NCBI GenBank assembly: GCA_964590735.1
Contig: CAZPZN010000002.1
Coordinates: forward strand, 1-49,930
Length of the DNA stretch: 49,930 nucleotides
DNA from: an uncultured Tissierella sp.
GTDB taxonomy: Bacteria > Bacillota > Clostridia > Tissierellales > Tissierellaceae
Reading direction: 5' to 3'
Part shown: one piece after another, positions 20,832-29,408 of the stretch
How the letters are laid out: the number at the start of each line of letters is the position of its first letter
Numbering within the stretch: the first letter of the stretch is position 1
Program-made: the position numbers and the translations under genes
The notes under the pieces: model-generated
Database searches by the model: none
What the model saw: only the letters and a program-made list of their open reading frames with translations
Told to the model about the DNA's origin: nothing

Positions 20832-21467
20832 ATGAAAGGATTAATTATATCAGGTGGCAATATAAGCGATTATAAGCTATTGGAAGAATTAAGTTTAAAT
20901 ATGGATTTTATACTATGTGCTGATGGGGGCATAAGGCATGCTATAGCCATAGGCAGAAATCCTAATGCAGTAATTGGTGATTTAGATTCTACAAGAGATG
21001 AGGACTTAGAATATATAAATAAGAACTCTATTCCTGTAATAAAATATCCTGTTGAAAAAGATGAAACTGATACTGAATTGGCCATTGATTATCTTATTAA
21101 AAATGGATTAAAGGATATTACCTTAACAGGTGTTACTGGAAGTAGGATGGACCATAGCCTAGCTAATATATTTTTATTGGAAAGACTAATGAAAAATGGA
21201 ATAGTTGGTAGGATAGTAGATAAAAACAATTCAATCTATATGACGGATAAGGGGCTATCCATATCAAGAAAAGAAGGTCATTATTTATCTATATTACCTG
21301 TAAATAGTGATGGTGTAACCCTAAGTCTTAAGGGTTTTTACTATCCCTTAGTTGGTGAAAAGATTCACTTTGGAAGTACTTTAGGTATTAGTAATAAAAT
21401 AATAGATGATATTGGAATAGTAGAAATTCATAGTGGCCTAGCTTTAATAATTGAATCAATTGACTAA
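20832..21467 (+). CDS. thiN: Thiamine pyrophosphokinase
   Basis: CADGG, IGDLDS, EKDETDTELA, GSRMDHSLAN and LGISN. Confidence 0.93.
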   Translation: MKGLIISGGNISDYKLLEELSLNMDFILCADGGIRHAIAIGRNPNAVIGDLDSTRDEDLEYINKNSIPVIKYPVEKDETDTELAIDYLIKNGLKDITLTGVTGSRMDHSLANIFLLERLMKNGIVGRIVDKNNSIYMTDKGLSISRKEGHYLSILPVNSDGVTLSLKGFYYPLVGEKIHFGSTLGISNKIIDDIGIVEIHSGLALIIESID

Positions 21468-21525
21468 GTTATGTAACTAATTCCACTCCTGTGAATATTA
21501 TAGTATAAAGGATTGGGGTGGTCTT

Positions 21526-21696
21526 ATGAAAAAGTATATGTACCGCTATGCTTCAAAGTATAAGAATATAGTAGGTATTACTCTAGGGATAATAGGCTTT
21601 ATAATTGTAATTAGTGTGGTACCAATTGAATTTCTTTTATCCCTCATAGGAATAAGCCTATTGATTATGGGATTTTTATTAATAAAAATAAAATAA
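21526..21696 (+). CDS. Small (56 aa) putative two-TM membrane protein, absent from the ORF track
   Basis: GGGGTGG RBS, then ATG; MKKYMYRYASKYKNIVGITLGIIGFIIVISVVPIEFLLSLIGISLLIMGFLLIKIK*. Followed by a hairpin. Confidence 0.7.
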   Translation: MKKYMYRYASKYKNIVGITLGIIGFIIVISVVPIEFLLSLIGISLLIMGFLLIKIK

Positions 21697-21777
21697 GGCT
21701 TGCCATTTTAATTAATGGAAGCCTTTCTTTATGAGTAACAAAAAAAGTTACCTAATTATTTGTCAGTAACTTTTTTT
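21696..21777. terminator. Terminator hairpins between the convergent small ORF and rpmB
   Basis: AGGCTTgCCATT...AATGGAAGCCT, then AAAAAAAGTTAC...GTAACTTTTTTT (bidirectional type). Confidence 0.65.
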
Positions 21778-21785
21778 ATCGCATA

Positions 21786-21977
21786 TTATAATGCTCTTTC
21801 TACAAATCCAGATCTTAAACATCTTGTACATACTTTAATTCTCTTTACTGAACCCTTTACAACAGCTCTAACAGATCTAATATTAGGTGCCCAGCTTCTT
21901 GGGTTTTTCTTATTTGAGAAAGTAACCTTGTTACCAAAAACTCTTCCTTTTCCACATACTTCACAAACTTTAGACAT
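21786..21977 (-). CDS. rpmB: 50S ribosomal protein L28
   Basis: MSKVCEVCGKG...FGNKVTFS...WAPNI...VCTRCLRSG. GGAGGTG RBS places the start at 21977. Confidence 0.96.
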   Translation of the reverse strand: MSKVCEVCGKGRVFGNKVTFSNKKNPRSWAPNIRSVRAVVKGSVKRIKVCTRCLRSGFVERAL

Positions 21978-22044
21978 GAAATACACCTCCTTAGTCATTT
22001 CCTATTACTAAAAGTATTATTTTCAATTTAGAATAACACAATAT

Positions 22045-22142
22045 ATTCTATCATAAGCTAATAGCAAAAATCAACCTTAATATATGATAATATTAGATAT
22101 TATGCATATTTGGTTGAACTAAATCTATATTTATTGTAAAAT
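22045..22142. promoter_or_regulatory. Divergent sigma-A promoters for rpmB (-) and yloU (+)
   Basis: Minus: TTGATT-18-TAGAAT with TG (22045-22074). Plus: TTGAAC-17-TAAAAT (22114-22142). Confidence 0.55.
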
Positions 22143-22177
22143 AGTAAAGATAGAATTAAAGATTGGAGGCGACTTAA

Positions 22178-22534
22178 ATGACAGCCAAAATAACAACTGA
22201 TTTAGGGAAAATAACTATAGATGATAACGTCATAGCTAATATAGCTGGTATATCTGCTATGGAAAATTATGGGATTGTTGGAATGGCTTCGAAAAACGCT
22301 GCAGACGGTTTAATTGAATTACTTAAATCGGATTATCTTACAAAGGGGATTAAGGTATCAACTAAAGATGATGTTTTAGTTATAGATTTACATGTTGTAT
22401 TGGAATACGGAGTAAGAATATCCGTAGTAGCTGAGAATATTATCGATAGAGTCAAATTTAGCGTAGAAAAACACACAGGACTTACTGTAGGTAAGATTAA
22501 TGTAAACGTTCAGGGAATAAGAGTTGAAAAGTAA
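22178..22534 (+). CDS. yloU: Asp23/Gls24-family protein
   Basis: VIANIAG..A.ENYGIVGMASK, EYGVRIS and NVNVQG. Lies upstream of the DAK2 gene. Confidence 0.88.
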   Translation: MTAKITTDLGKITIDDNVIANIAGISAMENYGIVGMASKNAADGLIELLKSDYLTKGIKVSTKDDVLVIDLHVVLEYGVRISVVAENIIDRVKFSVEKHTGLTVGKINVNVQGIRVEK

Positions 22535-22552
22535 TTTAAGGAGGTACTATAC

Positions 22553-24202
22553 TTGATATCTAATACAATAGATGGAGTAATGCTTAAAAGAGTGTTAAAA
22601 AGCTCTGCGGCGCTCCTGGAACTAAATAAAGAGGAGGTAAACTCCTTAAATGTATTCCCGGTACCAGATGGAGATACGGGTACAAACATGATGTTGACTG
22701 TAAAGTCAGCACTTAAAGAAGGATTAGAAGTCGAAGAGAATAACGCATCAAAAGTAGCTTTAGGAGCAAGTCAAGGTTCATTAATGGGAGCTAGGGGAAA
22801 TTCAGGTGTTATTCTATCTCAGCTATTTAGAGGTTTTGCAAATGGCCTTAAGGGTAATGAAACTATTGATATAAAGCTATTGGCGGAAGCTTTGAAACAG
22901 GCGTCTGAAACTGCATATAAAGCGGTCATGAAACCAACTGAAGGAACTATATTGACTGTAGCTAGAGAATGTGGAGAATATGCTATGTCCATTTATAGGA
23001 AGGAAGAGGATATTCCTGAGTTTATAAAAAAGGTAATAGCTCATGGAAATCAAACCTTAGAAAGAACTCCTGAGATGCTACCTGTGCTTAAACAAGCAGG
23101 GGTCGTGGATGCAGGTGGTAAAGGTTTAATGTATTTATATACTGGTTTCTATAATGCCTTAATAGGTGCAGATGATTATGCTAATATAGAGGTTGAACCT
23201 CTTGAGCCAATAAAAGAGACTAAAAAACATAGAGAACATTTAGATACTGATGATATAGAATTTGGATATTGTACTGAGTTTATGATCAATACAAATTATG
23301 ATGATATAGATAATCTAAAAGATGACCTTTCTAAACTAGGTGATTCCCTTCTAGTAGTTGGGGGAGAGGGAATTATTAAGGTCCATGTTCATACTAACAA
23401 TCCAGGAGTTGCCCTAGAAGCAGCTTTAAAACTAGGGTCTCTTAAGGATATTAAAATAGATAATATGCGATTTCAGCATGAAGAGGTACTTTTAAAGGAT
23501 GAGCTAATAGCTATTTCTAATAAACAAGAAGAAGTAGCTATAGATAAGGACTATTCCTTTATTTCAGTCTCTATTGGAGATGGTATAGACGAAGTTTTTA
23601 ATAATTTAAATGTTGACGAAATAGTTTCAGGTGGACAGACTATGAATCCAAGTACTGAGGATTTTATTAATGCTATAAATAAAACTTCTGGTAGAAATAT
23701 TATTATATTGCCAAATAACAGCAATATTATTTTAGCAGCCGAACAAACCAAGAATATAAGCGATAGAAATATTACTGTTCTTGAAACTAAGAATATTCCT
23801 CAGGGAATTTCTGCCTTGCTAGCATTCAATGAAGAAATAGGCTTAGAAGAAAATATAGAAAACATGAATGAAGCAATTAAAAGCATTGTAACTGGTCAAG
23901 TTACTTATGCTGTAAGGGATACAGAGTATAATGGTAGCAAGATTTATAAGGACGATATAATAGGCTTATCTGGAAAAGAAATCTTATGTGCAGGTAAGGA
24001 TATAAATGATGTTACTATGGAATTAATAAATAAGTCCTATAATGATGAAGCTTCAATTATTACAGTCTTATTTGGTGAAGATGTTGCAGAAGAATTGTCC
24101 AATGACTTATTAGAAAGATTGGAAAATAGATATGATGACATGGATATAGAAGTAATCTATGGTGGGCAACCATTATATTATTATATTATTTCTATAGAAT
24201 AA
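22553..24202 (+). CDS. fakA: DAK2-domain fatty acid kinase catalytic subunit (YloV/FakA)
   Basis: LNVFPVPDGDTGTNM, GARGNSGVILSQ, PTEGTILTV, GYCTEF, KVHVHT, GGQTMNPS and GGQPLYYY. Confidence 0.9.
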   Translation: MISNTIDGVMLKRVLKSSAALLELNKEEVNSLNVFPVPDGDTGTNMMLTVKSALKEGLEVEENNASKVALGASQGSLMGARGNSGVILSQLFRGFANGLKGNETIDIKLLAEALKQASETAYKAVMKPTEGTILTVARECGEYAMSIYRKEEDIPEFIKKVIAHGNQTLERTPEMLPVLKQAGVVDAGGKGLMYLYTGFYNALIGADDYANIEVEPLEPIKETKKHREHLDTDDIEFGYCTEFMINTNYDDIDNLKDDLSKLGDSLLVVGGEGIIKVHVHTNNPGVALEAALKLGSLKDIKIDNMRFQHEEVLLKDELIAISNKQEEVAIDKDYSFISVSIGDGIDEVFNNLNVDEIVSGGQTMNPSTEDFINAINKTSGRNIIILPNNSNIILAAEQTKNISDRNITVLETKNIPQGISALLAFNEEIGLEENIENMNEAIKSIVTGQVTYAVRDTEYNGSKIYKDDIIGLSGKEILCAGKDINDVTMELINKSYNDEASIITVLFGEDVAEELSNDLLERLENRYDDMDIEVIYGGQPLYYYIISIE

Positions 24203-24225
24203 CCCTACCTAGAGTAGGGTTTTTT
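24201..24225 (+). terminator. Intrinsic terminator after fakA
   Basis: AACCCTAC-ctaga-GTAGGGTT followed by TTTT. Confidence 0.75.
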
Positions 24226-24253
24226 AATACGAATAGGAAAGCCCTACTTTGAA
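24222..24253 (+). repeat. Intergenic repeat family 2, copy G (5' part only)
   Basis: TTTTAATACGAATAGGAAAGCCCTACTTTGAA; 18/19 nt identical to the reverse complement of 5061-5079. Confidence 0.7.
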
Positions 24254-24284
24254 CTACTGCATATAGTTATAACGAGGAGGTAGC

Positions 24285-26342
24285 ATGGGAGATTTAAATA
24301 CGAGTATACAATATTTGAAGGGGATTGGACCTAAGAGAGCATATAGACTTAGACGACTAGGTATTGAAACTGTTCGAGATTTAATATATTTTATACCCCG
24401 GGATTACGATGATAGGACAAGCTATAAGACTTTAATGGAGTCCCAAAAAGGAGAGAAGGTAAGCCTTAAGGTAGAAATAACGGGATTTGGCATAATAAAT
24501 AGGCCTAGAAGAAATCTTTCAATTTTAAAGGTAGCCTTTAGAGACTCTAGTGGTTATGGTAATATGGTATTTTTCAATCAGGACTATCTTAAGGATAGGT
24601 TTGTTCCTGGTCAAGTATTTGTAATTAATGGTAAGTTCAATAAAGTTGGCATGGAATATCAAATAATGAATCCAGTATTTGAAAACCCAAACGAATCCAA
24701 GAAAGTAGGAAGAATTCTGCCTGTTTATCCCCTTACAGAAGGGTTAAAGAACCAAGAGTTAATGAATATAATTGCAAATACGCTTAAAGAGTATTTAAAC
24801 TATGTAGAAGAATTTTTGCCAAATGATATAATTTCTAAATATAATTTTATGGATATAAGAAAGTCTCTATATTCAATTCATTTTCCTAGGACTATGGATG
24901 AGATGGTTAAGGCGAGAAATAGACTTGCCTATGAGGAATTACTAACTGTTCAACTAGGATTATTTATCATAAAGAGTAAAACTATGACAAATAAAAGTGG
25001 GATTATATTCCCTGAAAAAATTGAAGTATCAAAGTTTATAGAAAGTTTACCCTTTAAGCTTACGAATGCACAAATTAGAGTATTAGATGAAATCATAATG
25101 GATATGGAGTCAAATAAACAAATGAATAGGTTAATACAAGGAGATGTCGGCTCTGGAAAGACCATAATTGGTGTTATTGCCATGTACAAGGCAATCATTA
25201 GTGGCTACCAGGCAGCAATGATGGCTCCTACGGAGATATTAGCTAGCCAGCATTATGATTCTATCTCAAAAACATTAAAGGCTTCAGGCCTTAACTGTGA
25301 GCTTCTTGTGGGTAGCTTGTCTAAGAAAAATAAGGATAGGATTTTGCTGGACTTAAAAGAAGGCAGAATAGATATTTTAGTTGGGACCCATGCTTTAATC
25401 CAAGAAGGCGTTGAGTTTCAAAATTTAGGCTTGGTTATAACAGATGAACAACATAGATTTGGAGTAAATCAAAGAGCAGACTTAAGCAAAAAAGGAGATA
25501 ATCCAGATATTATTGTCATGACTGCCACACCAATTCCAAGAACCCTAGCGCTTATGTTATATGGAGATTTAGATATTTCCATTATTGATGAACTACCTCC
25601 TGGAAGGAAGGAAATAGAAACATACGCAGTAGGCCAGGATATGAAGGAGAGAATATATAAATTTATTGAAAAACAACTTGTTGAACAAAGGCAATGCTAT
25701 ATTGTATGCCCTCTTATTGAAGAATCGGAAAACTTGGATATAAATTCAGCTGAGGAAGTCTATGTTTATTTGAAAGAAGAGGTATTTCCAGATTTTAATC
25801 TTGGTCTGCTTCATGGTAAAATGCCTCCTAAGGAAAAAGATCTTGTAATGGAAGAATTCAAGAAAAATAGGATTCAAGTACTGGTTTCAACCACTGTTAT
25901 TGAAGTAGGAGTAAATGTACCAAATGCAAATATAATGGTTATATTTAATGCAGAGCGTTTCGGATTAGCCCAACTACATCAATTAAGGGGTAGGGTAGGT
26001 AGAGGAGAGTATCAATCCTATTGCATCTTGATCAATGAGAGTATGAATCCAATATCAAGAGAAAGGATGAGAATTCTTCAATCATCTAGTGATGGATTTG
26101 AAATATCTGAGAAAGATTTAGAACTAAGAGGACCTGGAGAGTTTTTTGGCACTAAGCAACACGGATTACCGGAACTGAAAGTTGCAAATTTGGTAAGAGA
26201 TATGAAGATTTTAAAGTATGCCCAAAGGGATGCTCAAGAGATAATTAGAATGGATTCCCTTCTTCAATCCGAAGAATATAGGAACTTATTGCTTAAAGTA
26301 AGGGATTTGTTTGTTAAAATAAACTATGAATTGAATTATTAA
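24285..26342 (+). CDS. recG: ATP-dependent DNA helicase RecG
   Basis: QGDVGSGKT, MAPTEILA, DEQHRFGV, MTATPIPR, LHQLRGRVGR and DLELRGPGE. Confidence 0.96.
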   Translation: MGDLNTSIQYLKGIGPKRAYRLRRLGIETVRDLIYFIPRDYDDRTSYKTLMESQKGEKVSLKVEITGFGIINRPRRNLSILKVAFRDSSGYGNMVFFNQDYLKDRFVPGQVFVINGKFNKVGMEYQIMNPVFENPNESKKVGRILPVYPLTEGLKNQELMNIIANTLKEYLNYVEEFLPNDIISKYNFMDIRKSLYSIHFPRTMDEMVKARNRLAYEELLTVQLGLFIIKSKTMTNKSGIIFPEKIEVSKFIESLPFKLTNAQIRVLDEIIMDMESNKQMNRLIQGDVGSGKTIIGVIAMYKAIISGYQAAMMAPTEILASQHYDSISKTLKASGLNCELLVGSLSKKNKDRILLDLKEGRIDILVGTHALIQEGVEFQNLGLVITDEQHRFGVNQRADLSKKGDNPDIIVMTATPIPRTLALMLYGDLDISIIDELPPGRKEIETYAVGQDMKERIYKFIEKQLVEQRQCYIVCPLIEESENLDINSAEEVYVYLKEEVFPDFNLGLLHGKMPPKEKDLVMEEFKKNRIQVLVSTTVIEVGVNVPNANIMVIFNAERFGLAQLHQLRGRVGRGEYQSYCILINESMNPISRERMRILQSSSDGFEISEKDLELRGPGEFFGTKQHGLPELKVANLVRDMKILKYAQRDAQEIIRMDSLLQSEEYRNLLLKVRDLFVKINYELNY

Positions 26343-26399
26343 CGTTTTAATATTAAGCAAAATATGATAAAATATTGTTTAATTGAAAGGAAGATTATT

Positions 26400-26963
26400 T
26401 TGAGAGTTATATCAGGTGAAAAAAAGGGACATAAATTAAAATCTCCTAAAGGAATGGAAACTAGACCTACAGAGGATAGAATTAAAGAAAATCTCTTTAA
26501 TATCCTAAACCCTTTGAAAGTTGAGGCAATAGTTTTGGATTTGTTTAGTGGAAGTGGTGCCATTGGTATAGAATTTCTAAGCAGAGGTTCTAAATTAGCC
26601 TACTTCATAGATATATCAAATTCTAGTATAGAAACTATTAAAGATAATTTAAAAATGACAAAACTTCTTGATAGAAGTGTAATTATGAAGAAGAATGCCA
26701 TAAACACCTTAAATACTTTTAAAGACCAAGCTATTAAGTTTGATTATATATATATGGATCCACCATTTAAGGAATATGATTTGCTCATTAAAGCAATGAA
26801 TTTAGTAAGTGAAAATCACCTCCTAAATGATGATGGAAAACTAATAGTAGAGCATGAGTCGGATTTTAATTCAGAAATAGACATGGATAATCTTCAAAGA
26901 TATGATTCTCGTAAATATGGAAGTAAGACAATATCCTTTTATGAACTTAAGCTTAGAATATAA
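26400..26963 (+). CDS. rsmD: 16S rRNA m2G966 methyltransferase
   Basis: RVISG, TRPTEDRIKENLFN, LDLFSGSGAIGIEFLSRG and DPPF. TTG start after GAAAGGA. Confidence 0.93.
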   Translation: MRVISGEKKGHKLKSPKGMETRPTEDRIKENLFNILNPLKVEAIVLDLFSGSGAIGIEFLSRGSKLAYFIDISNSSIETIKDNLKMTKLLDRSVIMKKNAINTLNTFKDQAIKFDYIYMDPPFKEYDLLIKAMNLVSENHLLNDDGKLIVEHESDFNSEIDMDNLQRYDSRKYGSKTISFYELKLRI

Positions 26964-27080
26964 CGATGTGATGATATCCCTCGCTTCTTTAAGCAGCCGG
27001 GTTCCTTATTCTTCAACAGGTGGTGTGTCATAATCACTCACCTCGTTGCAATGGTGTGAAGTAATTGCTAGGCAAATACC
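26961..27080 (+). repeat. Intergenic repeat family 1, copy B; its first TAA is the rsmD stop codon
   Basis: TAACGATGTGATGATATCCCTCGCTTCTTTAAGC...CAACAGGT...TAATCACTCACCTCGTTGCA; 14 mismatches and 1 gap versus copy A over 90 nt. Confidence 0.9.
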
Positions 27081-27105
27081 ACTTAAATTTAAAAGAGGTG
27101 TCATA

Positions 27106-27588
27106 ATGAATGCTATCTACCCAGGAAGTTTTGATCCATTAACATATGGTCATATAGATATTATTGAAAGGTGCTCTGAGAAATTTGACCAGGTCACAGT
27201 GGCAGTATTGCAGAACAAGCACAAAGTAGGCCTCTTTACTACTCAAGAGAGGCTTAATCTGATTCAGGAGACTACCAAGCACTTAAAAAATGTGAAAGTA
27301 GATTATTTTAGTGGGCTTCTAATAGATTATGCTAAGAAAATTGATACTAATATTATAGTCAAGGGATTAAGAGCAGTGTCCGATTTTGAATATGAAATGC
27401 AAATGGCTTTAGCAAATAAAAAGCTATATCCAAAGCTGGAAACCTTCTTTATGGTATCAAATATGAAGTATTCATTCTTAAGCTCAAGTATAGTTAGAGA
27501 GGTTTCAGAGCTTGGAGGAGATGTATCTAGTTTTGTTCCAAAGATTGTAGAAGAAGCGCTAAAAGACAAAATCAAAGGGGGATTATAA
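27106..27588 (+). CDS. coaD: Phosphopantetheine adenylyltransferase
   Basis: YPGSFDPLTYGH, KGLRAVSDFEYE and SFLSSSIVRE. AGAGGTG RBS precedes ATG 27106. Confidence 0.96.
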   Translation: MNAIYPGSFDPLTYGHIDIIERCSEKFDQVTVAVLQNKHKVGLFTTQERLNLIQETTKHLKNVKVDYFSGLLIDYAKKIDTNIIVKGLRAVSDFEYEMQMALANKKLYPKLETFFMVSNMKYSFLSSSIVREVSELGGDVSSFVPKIVEEALKDKIKGGL

Positions 27589-28035
27589 ATGGATATACTA
27601 GATTTAATCGATGAAGTAGAAGATGTTGTTGAAGCTGGTACAAGCGTACCCTTTACTAGCAAGGTTATGGTTGATAAAGAAGAAATACTGGATATTATTA
27701 AGGAAATTCGAATAAAACTTCCCGATGAAATCAAGCAAGCTGCATGGATAAAGGAAGAGAGACAAAGAATATTAGCTGAAGCACAAAAAGATGCAGATAA
27801 TATGATTAATGAAGCGAATTATAAGCTTGAAGAGATGGTTGAAGATGATAAAGTTTTAAAGGTTGCCAATCAACGTGCTGAAGATATTCTTACAAGAGCA
27901 CAATTAAGTGCTAAGGAGATTAGGATAGGAGCAATGGAGTACGCTGACACATTACTTGAAGACACTCAAGAAAATTTAAAAGAAGTTATCCAATTACTTA
28001 ATGATAATAGAAAGGAACTTAGAGGCAACGACTAA
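27589..28035 (+). CDS. Conserved coiled-coil hypothetical protein (DivIVA-like / ATP synthase b-like), coupled to coaD
   Basis: LPDEIKQA, AQKDADNMINEA and GAMEYAD. Start abuts the coaD stop, with an RBS inside coaD. Confidence 0.7.
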   Translation: MDILDLIDEVEDVVEAGTSVPFTSKVMVDKEEILDIIKEIRIKLPDEIKQAAWIKEERQRILAEAQKDADNMINEANYKLEEMVEDDKVLKVANQRAEDILTRAQLSAKEIRIGAMEYADTLLEDTQENLKEVIQLLNDNRKELRGND

Positions 28036-29201
28036 GTCCTTCTTATGAGTTCATCTAGAAATATAGAAAATATAATTAAAAACATAATTAAAGAAAACAC
28101 TATAGCGGTAGAGCTGGTTAATATCTTTAACCAGCTAGCTGTATAGATGTCTAATATTGGTTTATATGGTATAAATGTAGTAACTATTTTATTTTTGTAG
28201 AAAAATAGGTGAATTATATAGGTATATATGAGGGATAGTAAGCCGTGTAATGCCTTGGATACAAGGTAGAATCTTGGTTTTATATCAGTTTCGCTTATGA
28301 AAGAAATAGCTTGGCTATGAATTGAAAGACCACCCCAACCTATTATAAAATTTATAAACAAGATTTTGTTAATCAATGGAATATTTAGTTGTGAAAGTAA
28401 AGAACAACCGTTAGTAATCTCAATGATCCCAGCAAATATGGCTTTTAAGCTTTGATGCTCTATTCTTGTAATTTTAGATAAGACATTAATTATTAGGTTA
28501 AATCCATTGGATTGAAGAACTATATTTATTATAACTGAATAGATTATTATAAATCCACCAACGGTTATTATTGCATTCATACTATCTGTCACAGACTTGG
28601 ATATTATCGAACCTGCTGATTTATTTTGTGTTTTTATAGCATCATTCATAATATGGTTACCATGTTTTTTATTGTGCTTTTCTCTATTGAATAGGCCTAA
28701 TACTAATCCAATAGTTAAAGCTCCTAGATAATGGGGGATTAACAAGAGCAAACCAAGCTCAGGAGTACCTAATAAACCAATAGTCACTGAACCAAGTATA
28801 AATAATGGACCTGAGGTTGAACAGAACCCAATTAGTAAATTAGCTTCATTTCTCGTCACTAGACCTTCTTTTCTAATTTTAGAAGTAATCTTTGATCCAA
28901 CCGGATAACCACTCATAACACTCATAGTTAAGGGAAAGGCACCTATTCCTGGAACATTAAACAATGGCCTCATTATTGGTTCAAGACATCTGGTAAAATA
29001 GTCCACAACACCAAAGGAAATCATCAAGTCCGATATAAGTATAAATGGAAATAAAGAAGGTAACAAAACATTAAACCATAGATATAGTCCTTCTTTTGCA
29101 CTCTCAATGCTTTGATTAGGATCTTTAATTATTTCTATAGCTATGAAAAATAATATTATACCTGTAAGCAAAAGTTTAGTATTCAGTTTGTTCTTAAACA
29201 T
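28032..29201 (-). CDS. ylbJ: Sporulation integral membrane protein YlbJ (SpoVV-like, nucleoside-transporter gate fold)
   Basis: VLLPSLFPF, EPIMRPLFNVPG, SGYPVGSK, SGPLFILG, GIIEITNG and GGLSIHSQ. Start 29201 follows an AAAGAGGG RBS. Confidence 0.88.
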   Translation of the reverse strand: MFKNKLNTKLLLTGIILFFIAIEIIKDPNQSIESAKEGLYLWFNVLLPSLFPFILISDLMISFGVVDYFTRCLEPIMRPLFNVPGIGAFPLTMSVMSGYPVGSKITSKIRKEGLVTRNEANLLIGFCSTSGPLFILGSVTIGLLGTPELGLLLLIPHYLGALTIGLVLGLFNREKHNKKHGNHIMNDAIKTQNKSAGSIISKSVTDSMNAIITVGGFIIIYSVIINIVLQSNGFNLIINVLSKITRIEHQSLKAIFAGIIEITNGCSLLSQLNIPLINKILFINFIIGWGGLSIHSQAISFISETDIKPRFYLVSKALHGLLSLIYTYIIHLFFYKNKIVTTFIPYKPILDIYTASWLKILTSSTAIVFSLIMFLIIFSIFLDELIRRT

Positions 29202-29244
29202 TTGATCCCTCTTTCTAAACAATAAAGTTATAACTAAAACCTTC

Positions 29245-29330
29245 AAGCTTTTATGAAACTGCTTGCATTTGCTATATACCATCGCAACGATTTACTCGTT
29301 TCGGAAGCGGTGGACATAATCACCTGGTTA
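29245..29330 (-). repeat. Intergenic repeat family 1, copy C (internally deleted), in the ylbJ leader
   Basis: Minus strand TAACCAGGTGATTATGTCCACCGCTTC (23/27 versus copy A) ... TCGTTGC ... TGCAAGCAGTTTCATAAAAGCTT (22/23 versus the copy A tail). Confidence 0.85.
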
Positions 29331-29334
29331 TATA

Positions 29335-29365
29335 ACTATATGAAAGATGGATTCTAAATATTTGA
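29335..29365 (-). promoter_or_regulatory. Putative sigma-E (mother cell) promoter for ylbJ
   Basis: Minus strand tcaaATA-16 nt-CATATAGT fits the sigma-E pattern ATA-N16-18-CATAcanT. ylbJ is sigma-E controlled in B. subtilis. Confidence 0.5.
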
Positions 29366-29408
29366 AATTTCTTAAGAGATACTTAATACTTTTATAAGTG
29401 GGGATATT

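Noticed and set aside
21760-22011. 83-aa plus-strand ORF
   Set aside because: Antisense shadow of rpmB.
27046-27105. Apparent N-terminal extension of CoaD
   Set aside because: It begins inside repeat copy B. The RBS and conserved N-terminus point to ATG 27106.
29202-29282. Apparent N-terminal extension of YlbJ
   Set aside because: It begins inside repeat copy C. The RBS supports the start at 29201.
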